A stretch of 64,000 nucleotides of DNA from Acidobacteriota bacterium. Lineage in GTDB: Bacteria > Acidobacteriota > UBA6911 > RPQK01 > JAJDTT01. Numbering within the stretch: position 1 is the stretch's first letter; every line of letters starts with the position of its first letter. Position numbers and translations under genes: made by a program. Below the pieces are notes generated by a model. It worked only from the letters and a program-made list of their open reading frames with translations, was not told the origin of the DNA and did no database searches. This document shows positions 26,455 through 36,477 of the stretch, piece after piece. The DNA is taken from contig CBDCUP010000003.1 of the NCBI GenBank assembly GCA_965222655.1, forward strand, positions 103,932-167,931, read 5' to 3'.

Positions 26455-28176
26455 TTAGCGAATCGTTCTAAGATCTTTTCCCTCTTCCAGAAGAACACGG
26501 CGGTTAGCCGCAACATCCTTGAATTCCTGACGCTGGCCCGAGGGCCAGATAACCTCCAGACAGTCTACGATTGATCGATCCCCCAGCCCGAAATGAAACA
26601 TTCGTTGACTGTCAGACAAATAACTTGATCCTGCGTGCAGCTCTTGAGAGTGACTGGTTTCTCCCAACGTTGCTGTGACTCGCGCTCCGATGCCGTCTCG
26701 ATTCGAAGCGAGGCCTCTCAGATAAACCTGGAGGAAATTGGATCTGCCCGGAGCGTCATTGCGCAGCAAGTCGACGCGATCGTCCAGGTTGACGACTACG
26801 ATATCCAGGTCGCCATCGCGATCCCAGTCCAACCAGGCTGCGCCTCGTGACGACTTGATGATCCCCAGCCCCTCCCCCAGCGACTCCCCTACTTCAACAA
26901 ACCTGCCGTCCCCTCGGTTCTGGAACAACTGATTCGGTTGTCGATACTCAGTGCCCAGCTTGAAGCGATCGACCTCGGGATAGATGTGACCGTTTGCGAC
27001 GAAGATATCGGGTCGAAAATCGTTGTTGAAATCGGCCAGAAGCGCCCCGAAGCCCAAATAGCGAAATGTGACTTGGGCAACCTGCGCTGAGAACGTCGCG
27101 TCCGCAAAGTATGTTTTTCTATTCTGGTACAGCACATGGTAATCGTTCGAAAAGTTGGTCGAGTAGAGATCCAGCAAGCCATCGCCGTCGTAGTCCCCGA
27201 CGTCGACGCCCATGTTGGCCTGTTCCCGGCCGTCCTGATTGTAGGCCAGACCCATCAGGAGCGAGATCTCGGTAAAGGTGCCGTCTCCGTTGTTTCGCCA
27301 GAGGAAGTTCGGATTGCTGTCATTGGCGACAAACACATCGAGGTCTCCGTCGAGATCGACATCGGTCCAAAGCGGCTGAAAGCCGTAAGACCTTTTACTC
27401 GCCGAAACACCTGACTGATCCGAGACGTCTTCGAATGTCCCGTCGCCGTTGTTACGGAAAAGCCGGTCCTGTGCGCCCGGTAGACCTCTGGGACCGCAGG
27501 CAACGGCCACGCCGGCGTAGGAGCAGTACTGTGGATCACCGGATGATTTCTCGAAGTCGAACTCCAGATAGTTGGCCAGGTAAAGATCCAGATGTCCGTC
27601 CTTGTCGTAATCGCCGAAGGCTGCACCGGTGCTCCACCCAGGGTCGGCAACCGACCCGGTCACTCCAACCTCGGAGAATGTTCCGCTTCCCTGGTTACGG
27701 TAGAGGAAATTGGGACCGTAGTTTGTCACGTAGAGATCGGTGTCTCCGTCGTTGTCGTAGTCTGCGGTGACGCAACCCATGCCCCAGGCGCTGTCCCGGA
27801 GTCCGGCTGGAGCGGTCGCGTCAGAGAATGTTCCGTCGCGGTTGTTTCGGTAGAGTCGGTCACTGGGCCCCTTCTTCCTGTTCCAGGAGTGACGATCGGT
27901 GCCGTTTGCGAAAAACAGATCGGGCCATCCGTCTCCATCGAAGTCCAGCACGCAAACACCACCCGTCATAGTTTCCACCAGGAAGTCCTTTTCTGGCGTC
28001 CCCGCACTGACGATCAGGTCCACACCGGCGCTCTGAGTGACATCTTTGAAGTGCCAATAGTGCTGGGCAATTCCGAGATGGCTGTTGGTCGTAAAGAGTT
28101 GTAAGAGAAGGATTCCCGCAGTGTACGAGCGCCCCCTGGATCTCGTCGCAGGCGGATAGTTCCTTTGACACGACAC
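26455..28176 (-). CDS. ASPIC/UnbV-domain FG-GAP repeat protein (CRTAC1-like), secreted
   Basis: Repeated FG-GAP/calcium-binding D-x-D-x-D-G motifs (DFDGDGWPDLF, DYDNDGDTDLY, DYDKDGHLDLY, DYDGDGLLDLY, DWDRDGDLDIV) followed by a UnbV-ASPIC C-terminal region. It is paralogous to 44260..46116. Confidence 0.8.
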   Translation of the reverse strand: MSCQRNYPPATRSRGRSYTAGILLLQLFTTNSHLGIAQHYWHFKDVTQSAGVDLIVSAGTPEKDFLVETMTGGVCVLDFDGDGWPDLFFANGTDRHSWNRKKGPSDRLYRNNRDGTFSDATAPAGLRDSAWGMGCVTADYDNDGDTDLYVTNYGPNFLYRNQGSGTFSEVGVTGSVADPGWSTGAAFGDYDKDGHLDLYLANYLEFDFEKSSGDPQYCSYAGVAVACGPRGLPGAQDRLFRNNGDGTFEDVSDQSGVSASKRSYGFQPLWTDVDLDGDLDVFVANDSNPNFLWRNNGDGTFTEISLLMGLAYNQDGREQANMGVDVGDYDGDGLLDLYSTNFSNDYHVLYQNRKTYFADATFSAQVAQVTFRYLGFGALLADFNNDFRPDIFVANGHIYPEVDRFKLGTEYRQPNQLFQNRGDGRFVEVGESLGEGLGIIKSSRGAAWLDWDRDGDLDIVVVNLDDRVDLLRNDAPGRSNFLQVYLRGLASNRDGIGARVTATLGETSHSQELHAGSSYLSDSQRMFHFGLGDRSIVDCLEVIWPSGQRQEFKDVAANRRVLLEEGKDLRTIR

Positions 28177-28244
28177 GAACGCTATTATAGATTTACTGCT
28201 ATGGCTCTTGTGATTCCTTTTCTATCGGTATCAAGGGTTTCTAG

Positions 28245-29927
28245 ATGATGACAAGAATTCTCTTCTTCATCGCCGCTCTTTCCTTCTCACTTCCGCTGCA
28301 GTTTGAATCGCCTCGGGCTGAGTCTACCGAAGGCGACAAAAAGAAGACCAAACAGAGCAAAGCGGTGCAAAAAGAGGAAAGCGAAGATTACTTTGACCGC
28401 TGGATCAAGTCGGATGTGGTCTACATCATCAGCCCCGACGAAAAAGCAGTATTCGGCAAGCTGACGACGGCCGAGGAAAAAGAGCAGTTTATAGAGCAAT
28501 TCTGGTATCGTCGTGATCCCGATCCGCGATCGGCGGCGAACGAATTCAAAGCAGAGCACTATCGGCGTATCGCCTACGCCAATGAGCGTTTCAAGAGCGG
28601 CGGCCCCGGCTGGAGAAGCGACCGCGGACGTGTCTATATCATTCACGGTCCAGCCGACAGCATCGAATCCCACCCCTCAGGCGGCACCATGGATCGACCC
28701 GCCAACGAAGGCGGGGGGCAGGTCACCACCTATCCTTTCGAGGTCTGGTGGTATCGCCATATCGACGGGATTGGTTCGGTTGAGCTGGAATTTGTCGATC
28801 AGACCTACACCGGCAAGTATCACCTGGCAATTCATCCGGCGGAAAAGGATGCCCTGATGTTCAGTGGTGGGGTGAGTACCTCCACCTTGGCGGAAATGAT
28901 GGGGTTGTCGGAGAGGAAAGACCACCCTTATCTTTCGCCCTACGACCGTGACAACTATCCGTTCATGTCTCGCCGCATGCAGGACAATCCGTTCATCCGC
29001 TACGAAACCTGGGCCTTGGTACAACGTCCGCCCCGAATCAAGTACAAGGATCTTCAGGAGCTCGTCAACTTCGACATCTCTTATAACAGTCTTCCCTTCA
29101 AGACCAGGCAACATTATTTCCGACTCAATGAAGAACAGTCGATCGTTCCAATAACAATGGAGCTGCAAAATAGAGACCTGACGTTCGTCGAGGAAAACGG
29201 TGTCCATGTCGCTAGAATCGCCATGTACGGGATCGTCACAAGCATCACCAACAGGATCGTCAAGGAATTCGAAGAAGACCTGATCATTTCGTATACACCC
29301 GAGCAACTCCAGTCGGGTCTGTTGTCTCGCTCGGTCTACCAGCAGATCGTTTTGCTTCACCGGAAGGAGCGTTACAAGCTGGATCTGGTTCTCAAAGACC
29401 TGAACAGCAGCCACGTCGGCCTGGTTCAGCAAAGGATTGTCTCCCCGGCTTACGAGGTCGAAGAGCTAGCGGCCAGCTCGCTGATCCTCGCCGATTTGGT
29501 TGAACCCTTGGAGAGGATTTATTCGGACGATGAAATGTTTGTCTTGGGCGACGTCAAAGTCCGCCCTCGGCTGGATCATACTTTCTCTGAGAAAGAGACG
29601 CTGGGAATTTATCTACAGGTCTACAACACGAGTATCGACCAGTCCACATTGAGCCCCTCCATTTCCGTGGTTTACGAGATCACCCAGGGTGGAAAGACAG
29701 TGTTGCAGTTAGTCGATCAGGGTGGTCGATCTTTGTATTTCCATTCAGGGCAGCGCTTGGTGCTGCTGAAAAAGCTGAGGATCCTTGGAATCGAGCCTGG
29801 AAGGTACCGGATGCAGGTCACGGTAAGGGACCGAATCAGCGACCGCGCTGTGGTGGCGGCCGATGATTTCGAGATCGTCGCCACGCCAGCCCGGTTAGCC
29901 GCCAACATCAATTCTGCATCTGAATAA
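28245..29927 (+). CDS. GWxTD domain-containing protein, secreted
   Basis: Signal peptide MMTRILFFIAALSFSL. The GWxTD signature is FKSGGPGWRSDRGRVYIIHGPAD plus FWYRRD. This family is abundant in Acidobacteria. Confidence 0.75.
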   Translation: MMTRILFFIAALSFSLPLQFESPRAESTEGDKKKTKQSKAVQKEESEDYFDRWIKSDVVYIISPDEKAVFGKLTTAEEKEQFIEQFWYRRDPDPRSAANEFKAEHYRRIAYANERFKSGGPGWRSDRGRVYIIHGPADSIESHPSGGTMDRPANEGGGQVTTYPFEVWWYRHIDGIGSVELEFVDQTYTGKYHLAIHPAEKDALMFSGGVSTSTLAEMMGLSERKDHPYLSPYDRDNYPFMSRRMQDNPFIRYETWALVQRPPRIKYKDLQELVNFDISYNSLPFKTRQHYFRLNEEQSIVPITMELQNRDLTFVEENGVHVARIAMYGIVTSITNRIVKEFEEDLIISYTPEQLQSGLLSRSVYQQIVLLHRKERYKLDLVLKDLNSSHVGLVQQRIVSPAYEVEELAASSLILADLVEPLERIYSDDEMFVLGDVKVRPRLDHTFSEKETLGIYLQVYNTSIDQSTLSPSISVVYEITQGGKTVLQLVDQGGRSLYFHSGQRLVLLKKLRILGIEPGRYRMQVTVRDRISDRAVVAADDFEIVATPARLAANINSASE

Positions 29928-30014
29928 GCTTCCTGCGGTGGCACGACCGTCGCCAGAACAACAACACAATCCAGCACCGCGATCTTAGGGCTCCCGATTT
30001 TCAAGGGGAACAAC

Positions 30015-30629
30015 ATGGAAGGAAATCCGCAGCCAATGAAATTGGGTATGTTTCTAATGCCCGTTCACGATCCTGGCAAACCACTGGCCCAATGCTATGA
30101 CGAGGACCTGGAGCTGGTCTGTCTGGCGGCAAAAGGCTTTTTTCCCATCAGCCACCATATGGTCTCGACCGAGGTCTTGGTCAATCACTGGAGCACCTAC
30201 AGTGAGGGTGCCAGAGCCTCCGGACGCCAGATCAGCAAACGGGACTGGAGAATTTCACGGAATATTTTCGTCGCTCAGACGACCGCCGAGGCACGGGACA
30301 CGGCCCGCAGCAACTCGCTGGGTCAGTGCATCGAGTACATTCTGGAACTGACCCGGCGAGGTCCCGGAGTGGAGATGTGGAAGCGGAACTTGAACATGAC
30401 CGATGCAGAATGCGATCTCGAGTACTTTCTGGACGAGGTGATCATTGCAGGAGACCCCGAGGAGGTGACTCGGCAGCTGATTGCCCTGAGGGACGAGGTC
30501 GGCGACTTTGGCACATTGGTCCTTGTAGCTCACGACTGGGACGACAAACAACGCTGGCTGGAGAGCCTGGAGCTGTTCGGGCAAGAGGTCGTCCCAGCCC
30601 TGAACAAGCAACTGGGCGGAGTAAGTTAG
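30015..30629 (+). CDS. Luciferase-like monooxygenase (LLM) family protein, unusually short (204 aa), possibly degenerate
   Basis: N-terminal MKLGMFLMP and C-terminal ...GDPEEVTRQLIALRDEVGDFGTLVL... resemble LLM flavin oxidoreductases, but about 100 aa of the central barrel appear to be missing. Confidence 0.4.
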   Translation: MEGNPQPMKLGMFLMPVHDPGKPLAQCYDEDLELVCLAAKGFFPISHHMVSTEVLVNHWSTYSEGARASGRQISKRDWRISRNIFVAQTTAEARDTARSNSLGQCIEYILELTRRGPGVEMWKRNLNMTDAECDLEYFLDEVIIAGDPEEVTRQLIALRDEVGDFGTLVLVAHDWDDKQRWLESLELFGQEVVPALNKQLGGVS

Positions 30630-30703
30630 GGTTCGAGATCCTTTTGGATCGATCTATCGCGAACGGGGGGACAGATGATTTGGAATCAGGTTGGTACTTG
30701 GCG

Positions 30704-32674
30704 TTGAAGCCGGGTGCGGCGACTTGGAGCGTTTCCTGGCTACTCGCAACGTCGCTTGTTGGCGTCGCCTGCTCGAATGCTGGCGACTCTCCTGATTCCG
30801 TCCAGCTCGATGCCGGTGGATGGTCTGCGTACGGGGGTGACCCCGGCGGCTCTCGCTATTCCTCTCTCAACCAGATCAATCGAGAAAATGTTGATCGCCT
30901 CCAGATTGCCTGGACTCACCGAACGGGCGATGTTTCCGACGGCACGAAGTGGAAATCTCAGAGTCGTTTCGAAGCGACACCCATTCTCTTTGGCGGGACA
31001 CTCTACCTGAGCACACCCTTCAACCGGGTACTTGCACTGAACCCGACTACCGGCGATCTCCTTTGGAGCTATGATCCCGGACTGGATCTCTCCGCCGGCT
31101 ACTGGGCCTTGGTCTCGCGGGGAGTGGCCGCCTGGGAGGACGCTTCTCCTGCGAGTGGGGCGATCCCCCATCGGAGGATCTTCCTGGCGACCCAAGACGC
31201 ACGATTGATCTGCCTGGATGCGTCCAGTGGAAAACCATGTACGGATTTCGGGAACAACGGGCAGGTCGATCTCGCTCTGGGGGTGGGAGTAGTCGAACGC
31301 ATCAACTACGGAGTGACTTCGCCTCCGGCGATCATCGATGACCTGGTCGTGGTCGGCTCGTTCGTCGGGGACAACCGGGGAGTGGAGGTCGAAAGCGGGG
31401 TCGTCCGGGCCTTTGACGCCCGTACCGGAGAACCGAGATGGAGCTGGGACCCGATTCCCCGGAGTCCTGAGGCCGACGGCTGGGAGACATGGGAAGGCGA
31501 TGGAGCCCGGCGCACTGGGGCCGCCAATGCCTGGTCCATCATCTCGGCCGATCCAGAACGGGATCTCGTCTTTATCCCGACCGGGAGCGCCAGTCCTGAC
31601 TTTTATGGTGGGGAGCGCCTCGGCAGCAACCTCCACGCCAACTCGGTTGTTGCCCTTCGGGCTTCCAGCGGTGAGGTCGTTTGGCACTTTCAAGTCGTGC
31701 ATCATGATCTCTGGGACTATGATGTTGCCGCCCAGCCAACCCTGACCGTGGTTCCCCGCGACGGGAGCGTCATCCCCGCGACGGTCGTGTCTACCAAAAT
31801 GGGCCACATCTTCGTCCTGGATCGGGAATCCGGAGCCCCTCTCTTCCCGATCGAAGAACGCCCGGTGCCTGCGAGCGGTGTGCCCGGAGAAAAAGCCTGG
31901 CCCACTCAGCCTTTCCCGGTGCTCCCTCCTCCTCTTCATCCCCACTCGCTCACTCCCGAGGAGGCCTGGGGGATCACGGAGGAAGATCGTTCCGCTTGCA
32001 GAGAAATCTTGGAGGGCCTGAGCTACTCGGGCATCTATACGCCGCCCGGTTTGGAAAAGACCCTGCTTTACCCCGGCCTGGCCAGTGGGATCAATTGGGG
32101 GTCGGCAGCGGCTGACCCTGAACGAGGCGTCCTGGTCGTCAACGTCAACCGGTTCCCCGACTGGATCAAGCTCTTTCCACACAGCCAACTGGAAGAGGAG
32201 GGCCGCGGGCTGCCCGCCGAAGCTGCAGCCACCAATTTCGAGGGCACGCCCTACGGCATGGCTCTCAACCGCATCTTCTCACCCAGTGGGCTGCCCTGCA
32301 ATCCACCGCCCTGGGGAACCACGGTGGCGATCGACTTGGAACACGGAAAAGTGCTGTGGGAAACCCCGCTGGGGGTCATGCCTGCGGCGAAACATCATCC
32401 CGACGCATCCAAGTGGGGCTCGCTCAATTCGGGCGGACCCATCATTACGGGCGGGGGGCTCGTTTTCGTCGCAGCTGGCCAGGAGGACGTCCTGCGTGCG
32501 CTCGACATCGAAGACGGAAAAGAAGTCTGGCGGGCGGAGCTCCCGGCGGGCGGCCAGGCGACTCCCATGACTTACCAGCTGGACGGGAAACAGTACGTCG
32601 TCATCGCCGCCGGAGGCCACTCTGGGTGGGGTACGACGCTAGGTGACTACCTGGTGGCGTTTGCTTTGCCTTAG
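30704..32674 (+). CDS. PQQ-dependent dehydrogenase (quinoprotein alcohol/glucose dehydrogenase family), secreted
   Basis: The propeller signature WSAYGGDPGGSRYSSLNQINRENVDRLQIAWTHRTG is followed by W-containing blade motifs. The start is uncertain: TTG at 30704 gives MKPGAATWSVSWLLATSLVGVAC; alternatively TTG at 30680, which is preceded by GGGGGA. The track ORF from 30326 overlaps the LLM gene and is rejected. Confidence 0.7.
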   Translation: MKPGAATWSVSWLLATSLVGVACSNAGDSPDSVQLDAGGWSAYGGDPGGSRYSSLNQINRENVDRLQIAWTHRTGDVSDGTKWKSQSRFEATPILFGGTLYLSTPFNRVLALNPTTGDLLWSYDPGLDLSAGYWALVSRGVAAWEDASPASGAIPHRRIFLATQDARLICLDASSGKPCTDFGNNGQVDLALGVGVVERINYGVTSPPAIIDDLVVVGSFVGDNRGVEVESGVVRAFDARTGEPRWSWDPIPRSPEADGWETWEGDGARRTGAANAWSIISADPERDLVFIPTGSASPDFYGGERLGSNLHANSVVALRASSGEVVWHFQVVHHDLWDYDVAAQPTLTVVPRDGSVIPATVVSTKMGHIFVLDRESGAPLFPIEERPVPASGVPGEKAWPTQPFPVLPPPLHPHSLTPEEAWGITEEDRSACREILEGLSYSGIYTPPGLEKTLLYPGLASGINWGSAAADPERGVLVVNVNRFPDWIKLFPHSQLEEEGRGLPAEAAATNFEGTPYGMALNRIFSPSGLPCNPPPWGTTVAIDLEHGKVLWETPLGVMPAAKHHPDASKWGSLNSGGPIITGGGLVFVAAGQEDVLRALDIEDGKEVWRAELPAGGQATPMTYQLDGKQYVVIAAGGHSGWGTTLGDYLVAFALP

Positions 32675-32683
32675 GATTCTCCT

Positions 32684-32711
32684 GAGTGAGCAGTGAGCAG
32701 TGAGCAGTGAG
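32684..32711. repeat. Heptamer tandem repeat GAGTGAG (CAGTGAG)x3
   Basis: Direct reading, immediately after the PQQ-dehydrogenase stop codon. It is the inverse of the array at 16680-16707. Confidence 0.7.
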
Positions 32712-32785
32712 AAAACTCCAAGGGACAAGGTACAAACAAACAAACAAATTCCAAACGATGCGGCAGCAATACGCAGCGAAATTCA

Positions 32786-32865
32786 ACAGAGCCGCGAACG
32801 ACTTGACCTGTCGGCGAAGCGAGGCCAAGTTCCGAGGAGAGAGCTGGACAACAGCACAATCTCCC
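32786..32865 (+). repeat. Intergenic repeat family copy C
   Basis: Sequence aacagagccgcgaacgacttgacctgtcggcgaagcgaggccaagttccgaggagagagctggacaacagcacaatct aligns to copy D at 59746-59822 and to the reverse complements of copies A and B. Confidence 0.6.
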
Positions 32866-32900
32866 GTGATTTCAGCCAGAGTTTCCTCCCAAATTTGTGC

Positions 32901-33887
32901 TCAGCGCCCAGTCCCTCGAATCTCCGTTCTGACTTCAAATAGCGTCTTGCCTGCCGTCACATAGAGCGTCTTGAGATCGGGACCGCCGAAGGCACAGTTG
33001 GTCAAAGTATCCTCCGGAATAGGAATGAACTGCTTGAGTCGACCGTTCGGCGAGAAAACGTGGATCCCGCACTTCGTGTCGAGAGTTTCCGTGAGGTCAG
33101 GCCGAAGTCGGTTTCGACCGGCTGCGACGTAGAGGTTACCTTCCGTATCTACGGCCATGCCATCTCCGCTGCGACCCGGGAAGAAATCGTGAAACACCCT
33201 CATGTTGTCAACGCTGCCGTCGCTCAGCAGATCGTAGGCTCTGATCATTCGGGGCCCCGTTTCGGATTCCGCACCATCCTCGACCAGGTAGAGCGTCCTA
33301 TCGTCGTGGGAAATCACGATCCCGTTGGGTTGAACGATTTCAGGTTCGACAAGAATACGGGAAATCGCACCGTCCGGATCGATCCGGTAGACCGCATTGA
33401 CGCCGGTCTGGTCGGCGGCCGGATTCGGTGATGGCCGGTCGGTGAAGTAGATTCGCCCCGCGCTGTCGATGCTGAGATCATTGGGACCATGGAAGCGCTT
33501 TCCTTCGAACCTCGCGGCGATGATCTCGATCTCACCTGTCTCCATGTCGGTCCGGGTGACGCGTGGCTGATCCGTCTGCGGGTCACTGGCTTCGGTGGCA
33601 ACCAGCCGCCACCGGTGATCGAAGATGAGTCCCAGAGCTCGGTTGCTGGGCTGGCGAAAGGTAGAGAGTTGGCGGCTAGTCGACCACTTCATGATTCGGT
33701 CGTTGCGGGCATCGGTGAAGTAGACGTTTCCCTGGGCGTCGACAGTAGGCCCTTCGGTGAATGCAATGGTGGCCGCTACTTTCACCTCCGGTGGATCGGT
33801 GGTCTCGATCGTTTCTGCTGTCGAGGGAGCAGAGCAGCCCGGCAGCAACCAGGTTACCAGGAGCGACAGCGCTATTGCTTTTTTCAC
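32901..33887 (-). CDS. SMP-30/gluconolactonase/LRE-family lactonase, lipoprotein/secreted
   Basis: Six-bladed propeller motifs (EGPTVDAQGNVYFTD, HGPNDLSIDSAGRIYFTD, PNGIVISHDDRTLYLVE, GDGMAVDTEGNLYVA). Start re-assigned to the GTG at 33887 (MKKAIALSLLVTWLLPGC), which is preceded by GGAGAG. The track's 5' extension overlaps the divergent SDR gene. Confidence 0.65.
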   Translation of the reverse strand: MKKAIALSLLVTWLLPGCSAPSTAETIETTDPPEVKVAATIAFTEGPTVDAQGNVYFTDARNDRIMKWSTSRQLSTFRQPSNRALGLIFDHRWRLVATEASDPQTDQPRVTRTDMETGEIEIIAARFEGKRFHGPNDLSIDSAGRIYFTDRPSPNPAADQTGVNAVYRIDPDGAISRILVEPEIVQPNGIVISHDDRTLYLVEDGAESETGPRMIRAYDLLSDGSVDNMRVFHDFFPGRSGDGMAVDTEGNLYVAAGRNRLRPDLTETLDTKCGIHVFSPNGRLKQFIPIPEDTLTNCAFGGPDLKTLYVTAGKTLFEVRTEIRGTGR

Positions 33888-33978
33888 AATTCTCTCCGAC
33901 AGTGGAGTCCAGATCACCCGCTTCGGAGCCGCAGCCTCCTCTGACATGGGGTTCTGCATCATGGGCATACAATAGGGG

Positions 33979-34788
33979 TTGAAGACGATGGAATCAAAGG
34001 GCGTTAAAGACAAGGTTGTGATCGTTACCGGCGCCGCAAGAGGAATTGGCCTTGCCATTGCAAAGCGCTTCGCAGTTGAAGGCGCCTTGGTTGTCGTCGC
34101 TGATATCAATGCAGAGGGAGCGCGTTCGGTAGCAGAATCGATCAACGGCACAGGGGGTCGAGCTATTGCTGTCACAACAGATGTTTCTGATGACGGGCAG
34201 GTGAAAGCCCTGCTTGATCAAACAGTCGAACTCTATGGCACCATGGATGTCTTGGTCAATAATGCCGCTCTGGTGGCTCCAAATAGGCATTTTCTGGAGG
34301 CCGACAAGCCCTGGTGGGATAGGTTCATCGCAGTCAACCTGACAGGCTCATTTCTGTGCGGGTTGCGAGCTGCACAGATCATGGCTCGCAAGCGGAAGGG
34401 ATCTATCATCAATCTGTCGTCTGGCGGCGCCAGTAGAGCACATCGAGCTTTCGTTGCCTATGATGCGACCAAGGGGGGGATTGAAGCGATGACCCGAGCG
34501 ATGTCTCTCGACCTGGGTCCCTATGGGGTTCGAGTGAATGCGCTCGTACCAGGCTCGATCAATACGCAGGGCTACAACAGGAAAGAACGGAAACTACGGG
34601 GCGTGAATATTCCTCTGGGCCGGATCGGTGAGCCTGATGACCTGACAGGTGCAGCCCTCTTTCTTGCCTCTGACGATTCCTCCTATATCACGGGGCAGCG
34701 TATTGTGGTTGATGGTGGAATGGCTGCCCAACAGCGATCCGCCACGGTAGACATCTTTCCAACCAGCGAGTTTCCAACGCTAGACTAA
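33979..34788 (+). CDS. SDR family oxidoreductase (short-chain dehydrogenase)
   Basis: TGAARGIG NAD-binding motif, the NNAA motif and the catalytic YxxxK motif (YDATK). Confidence 0.85.
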   Translation: MKTMESKGVKDKVVIVTGAARGIGLAIAKRFAVEGALVVVADINAEGARSVAESINGTGGRAIAVTTDVSDDGQVKALLDQTVELYGTMDVLVNNAALVAPNRHFLEADKPWWDRFIAVNLTGSFLCGLRAAQIMARKRKGSIINLSSGGASRAHRAFVAYDATKGGIEAMTRAMSLDLGPYGVRVNALVPGSINTQGYNRKERKLRGVNIPLGRIGEPDDLTGAALFLASDDSSYITGQRIVVDGGMAAQQRSATVDIFPTSEFPTLD

Positions 34789-34803
34789 GACTAGAGAGAA
34801 TAG

Positions 34804-36453
34804 ATGCAATCGAGCACCGTACAGCCACGGCCTCGCGTCGCCGAAGTGGTTGCTTCAGTATTGAGGGCAAAGCGGGTTCCCTACTTGTTCGGAATCCCGG
34901 GTGGCGGCAGCTCGATTGACTTGATCGAGAGTTGTGGACAGAAGGGAATCCCCTTTGTTCTGGCTCAGCATGAGACCACCAGTGCCATGATGGCGGCTGT
35001 CTGCGGGCAGCTATCCGAGAGCTGCGGAGTTTGCCTCTCGATCATGGGACCGGGAGCCGTCAATCTGGCAGGTGGAGCCTCCTACGCTTACTGGGAACGG
35101 TATCCTCTGCTGGCGATGACGGAGAGCTACGGTTCCACCGAGGCTCCATCCATGTCGATTCAGAAGATGGACCACTCCCAACTGTTCGGTGGCTTTTCCA
35201 AGCAATCTGTCACTTTGGGATCCAGCGCACCCAGCCGACAACTGGAGGAGGCCATCAACCGTGCGTGCAGCGAAAGGCCGGGACCGGTTCACCTCGATCT
35301 TCCCCTTCACATCATGACCCAGCAGGCCACGTCCCCCCGAGCTTCCGAGCCGTCGAGTTCAGGCTGCTCGGCGCCTGAGGGAGGAGACCTGGACAGAGTG
35401 GCGCGCACGATTGAAGCAGCTGCTCGGCCTGTCCTGGTGGTCGGTCCGGTGGTTCAACGTCAGAAGGCAGAGTCAGCTCTGCTCGGCCTGGTTGAGAAAC
35501 TGCAGCTTGCGACGCTGGTCAGCTCGAAGGCCAGAGGAGTCATTGACGAGAATCATCCTCTCTTCGCGGGCGTGGTCACCGGTGCTTACGGGCAGACCAC
35601 CCTGGAGGGCAAGATCGTCCACCAGAGTGACCTCGTCATCGCCATCGGTTTGGACCGAATGGAACTCCTGTCACCCTGGCAGTATCCCCAACCCATGGTG
35701 TCCTTGGATGCGATCGCGGTTCCCGAGCAAGAAGAGGTAAGTCGACCGCTAGTCAAGGCATACGGCCCTCTCACCGACCTGCTCGAATCGCTCACCGAGC
35801 GACTCTCCGATCGCCGCATCTGGGACGCCACTGACCTCGAAGTGTTCTGGGACGAAGTCCGACATTCTCTCGGAGCCAACGGGGGAGATTTGAACGCTGC
35901 TTCGCTCCTGGCCAGGGCACGACAGCTGGCTCCTCGAGAGACCCTCCTGACCACGGAAACTGGGATCTACAATGCGGTGAACCTCTATCTTTGGAAGGTT
36001 CCGGCATCAGGAACCTATTTCGGCTCCAGCGGAGCCAACACCATGGGATACTCGATTCCGGCTGCCCTTGGGACTTCGCTGCTTCGACCGGATTGCAAGA
36101 CTGTGGCACTGGTCGGCGACGGAGGATTCCTGATGCGAGCGTCGGAGCTGGAGACAGCGCTGCGCCTGAAACTGGCCCCGGTGATCATCATCTTCGATGA
36201 CGGAACCCTGGGACTGATACGAATCAAACAGCGAGCCAAAGGCTATCGGAGAGCAGGGGTCGACCTCGCTTCAACTGACTTCGTTCGCCTGGCGGAGAGT
36301 TTTGGCGGGTGCGGCTGGATGGTCCGGACCCTCGAGGACTTTGATGCAGCCTTTCGAAGGGCGCTGTCCTCAGACCAGCTGACGGTCATCGACGCCCGAC
36401 TCGATTCGGACGTCTACGCTTCCCATATGGGTCCAATCAGAGGGATTCAGTGA
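34804..36453 (+). CDS. Thiamine-pyrophosphate-dependent enzyme (acetolactate synthase large-subunit-like)
   Basis: 549 aa with a three-domain TPP-enzyme layout and the C-terminal TPP-binding motif G.GGFLM. It starts 16 bp after the SDR stop, in operon. Confidence 0.75.
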   Translation: MQSSTVQPRPRVAEVVASVLRAKRVPYLFGIPGGGSSIDLIESCGQKGIPFVLAQHETTSAMMAAVCGQLSESCGVCLSIMGPGAVNLAGGASYAYWERYPLLAMTESYGSTEAPSMSIQKMDHSQLFGGFSKQSVTLGSSAPSRQLEEAINRACSERPGPVHLDLPLHIMTQQATSPRASEPSSSGCSAPEGGDLDRVARTIEAAARPVLVVGPVVQRQKAESALLGLVEKLQLATLVSSKARGVIDENHPLFAGVVTGAYGQTTLEGKIVHQSDLVIAIGLDRMELLSPWQYPQPMVSLDAIAVPEQEEVSRPLVKAYGPLTDLLESLTERLSDRRIWDATDLEVFWDEVRHSLGANGGDLNAASLLARARQLAPRETLLTTETGIYNAVNLYLWKVPASGTYFGSSGANTMGYSIPAALGTSLLRPDCKTVALVGDGGFLMRASELETALRLKLAPVIIIFDDGTLGLIRIKQRAKGYRRAGVDLASTDFVRLAESFGGCGWMVRTLEDFDAAFRRALSSDQLTVIDARLDSDVYASHMGPIRGIQ

Positions 36454-36477
36454 GATACCAATCGGGACGGCATTCGG

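Noticed and set aside
28677-32188. Long antisense ORFs 28677..29432, 30740..32188 and 39284..40270 opposite the GWxTD, PQQ-dehydrogenase and DUF1501 genes
   Set aside because: The sense-strand products have strong family signatures. The antisense translations are Arg/Pro/Gly-rich, without motifs.
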